Positions 62,641-64,000 of a DNA stretch of 64,000 nucleotides are shown piece after piece. Both the position numbers and the translations under genes were made by a program. Where the stretch lies: positions 3,235 through 67,234 of the forward strand of contig JADFYE010000001.1 in the NCBI GenBank assembly GCA_015233195.1. The letters run 5' to 3'. Under the pieces are notes generated by a model. It worked only from the letters and a program-made list of their open reading frames with translations. It had not been told where the DNA came from and did not search any database. This DNA is from Candidatus Omnitrophota bacterium (GTDB lineage: Bacteria; Omnitrophota; Gorgyraeia; Zapsychrales; Zapsychraceae). Numbering within the stretch: position 1 is the stretch's first letter; each line of letters starts with the position of its first letter.

Positions 62641-63720
62641 ATGGGGTTAGTGATTTTATATAGTGTGCTTTTGATAGGCGGCATATTATTTTCTCAATAT
62701 TATGATATTTCATCTATAAAATCTGGGCTGGATGTAGTAACTAAAGTTTGTTTAGCCTATATTATGCTTGGGGTTGGACTAGAGTTTACGATTGATAAGA
62801 AACGTATCAAGGATTATGGTTTCGATTTTTTGTTCGCGTTTTTAGCTGCGGCTTTACCTTGGATTTTTTGCGGATTGTATTTTATATGGTTTTTTCAAAT
62901 TCGATGGGAAAGCGCGTTTTTAATCGGGGTTTTTGCTGCGCCTACTTCAGCCGGGGTTTTATTTGCCATGTTGGAAGCAGCTGGATTAAAACAGACTTGG
63001 GTATTCAAGAAAGCTCAAGTATTGGCAGTATTCGATGATTTCGACGCTATTTTATTGTTAATTCCTTTGCAGATAATTTTTATCGGTTTTCGTCCGGAAT
63101 TAGTGTATGTTGTATTTTGTGTATTGGCTTTGCTGACGCTTGCTTATTACAAATTACATACGGTAAAAATTCCTCCTGGATTATTTTGGTTGATTGGGTA
63201 TGGAATCGGCATAGTATTGTTGGTCGAGCTGATAAAACATAATTTTCATATTGATATCGGGGTTTTGTTGCCGTCTTTTGTGTTTGGAGCTTTGATCGCT
63301 GCTGAAAATGCTCAGGCGCGTACGTCGATAAAATGGGTATATATAAGTGATAATATTTTGAAAGCTTTGTTTATTTTTTTAGTAGGATGCTCATTGCCTA
63401 AGATCGGTACAGAAAGCTTAAGCATCTGGATTTTAGCTCTGCATGTTTTAGCCTTAACGGTATTGTCTAATTTAGGTAAATGTTTTTTATTTTTTTGTTA
63501 TCGAAAAGATACGATTTGGAAAGATCGTTTGGCTTTGAGTGTGGCAATGTTTCCTCGAGGTGAAGTGGGCGCAGGAGTACTTTTTACTGCTATGGGTTAT
63601 GGATTAAGCGGTTCAGTTATGAATGTCGCGGGCTTGAGTTTAGCTTTGAATTTGTGTCTGACCGGATTATTTATAATGATAGTTGTTAAATTAATACGAC
63701 GGGAGGGGCAAGGTGCTTAA
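62641..63720 (+). CDS. Cation:proton antiporter-like membrane protein
   Basis: 359 aa with about 10 TM spans. FAAPTSAGVLFAMLEAAGL and FPRGEVGAGV resemble Na+/H+ exchanger-family segments. Confidence 0.5.
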   Translation: MGLVILYSVLLIGGILFSQYYDISSIKSGLDVVTKVCLAYIMLGVGLEFTIDKKRIKDYGFDFLFAFLAAALPWIFCGLYFIWFFQIRWESAFLIGVFAAPTSAGVLFAMLEAAGLKQTWVFKKAQVLAVFDDFDAILLLIPLQIIFIGFRPELVYVVFCVLALLTLAYYKLHTVKIPPGLFWLIGYGIGIVLLVELIKHNFHIDIGVLLPSFVFGALIAAENAQARTSIKWVYISDNILKALFIFLVGCSLPKIGTESLSIWILALHVLALTVLSNLGKCFLFFCYRKDTIWKDRLALSVAMFPRGEVGAGVLFTAMGYGLSGSVMNVAGLSLALNLCLTGLFIMIVVKLIRREGQGA

Positions 63721-64000
63721 GAAAATAGCTTTTATTAAAACGGATCTTATACTGATTGCGTTTCTTTTGCTTATGGGATGGAAGTTTACTTATGGAATGG
63801 GACAGTACGTTGACTTGCCATTGTATGATGAAGCAAGCTATATGAGTACAGGGGTGCATTTAAGTGAAAATGGGATAGGTGGAATTTCTGCAGGACCTTT
63901 TTATCAGATTTGGTATTATATTTTGCATTTGTTTACTCCGGACCGCGGAGCATTGTTTTTTTTAAATTTACAATTATTAACTGCTGCGTTACCAGTTTTT
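63713..64000 (+). CDS. Membrane protein, N-terminal part (runs off the window; possibly a GT-C-type glycosyltransferase)
   Basis: GTG at 63713 with a GGGAGGGG SD upstream. Open for 96 codons to the window end (VLKKIAFIKTDLILIAFLLLMGW...). Not in the ORF track because it has no stop. Confidence 0.4.
   Translation, partial: MLKKIAFIKTDLILIAFLLLMGWKFTYGMGQYVDLPLYDEASYMSTGVHLSENGIGGISAGPFYQIWYYILHLFTPDRGALFFLNLQLLTAALPVF

Overview
This is a gene-dense, AT-rich bacterial chromosomal segment (GC roughly 38-40% by eye, not computed). It holds about 70 protein genes, about 95% of them on the + strand, and uses the standard genetic code. Many adjacent genes overlap by 4 nt, which suggests translationally coupled operons. 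Secretin, pseudopilin, GT9 heptosyltransferase, SurA/PpiD-like and AsmA-like genes point to a diderm cell envelope. The lineage cannot be assigned without a database search. All protein calls rest on motif recognition in the supplied translations, not on searches.

Layout:
- 1-13.6 kb: a glycan-biosynthesis locus. It carries a GDP-heptose-type pathway (hddA-, hddC- and gmhB-like genes), manC, a ColD-like DegT paralog with His at the PLP-Lys position, a canonical DegT aminotransferase, a B12-binding radical SAM enzyme, GT9, GT2 and GT28 glycosyltransferases, and a GT-C/TPR membrane protein.
- 13.6-16.4 kb: a priA-like gene with degenerate helicase motifs, followed by fmt.
- 18.0-19.8 kb: decaying accessory genes. 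These are a HigB-like toxin with an in-frame TAA next to an intact HigA, and a frameshifted GH26-like hydrolase.
- 19.9-31.1 kb: a contiguous 12-gene type II secretion / type IV pilus-like operon with mixed Gsp and Msh features.
- 31.1-36.8 kb: SpoU methylase, a lone response regulator, a GldAFG-like ABC system, a MazG-like mini-gene bracketed by perfect 29-bp inverted repeats, and a PpiD-like chaperone.
- 36.8-42.3 kb: tRNA-Pro, tRNA-Arg and tRNA-His interleaved with Fic, an orphan BrnA-type antitoxin, an MNT/HEPN pair and a gene remnant.
- 42.3-64 kb: metabolic, transport and envelope genes (ubiE, ADH, MFS, YihY, ElaB/YqjE-like, OYE, thiM, an MBOAT plus two SGNH genes, an orphan pilin, dbpA, methyltransferase, SDR, VIT1, antiporter).

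Non-coding signals seen: an exact 42-bp hairpin repeat after both DegT paralogs, a 45-nt box shared by two intergenic regions (one copy inside a ~145-bp self-complementary element), an 11-bp tandem array over the Fic promoter, and a textbook promoter/operator for the TA pair. No CRISPR array, rRNA gene, transposase or integrase was seen.
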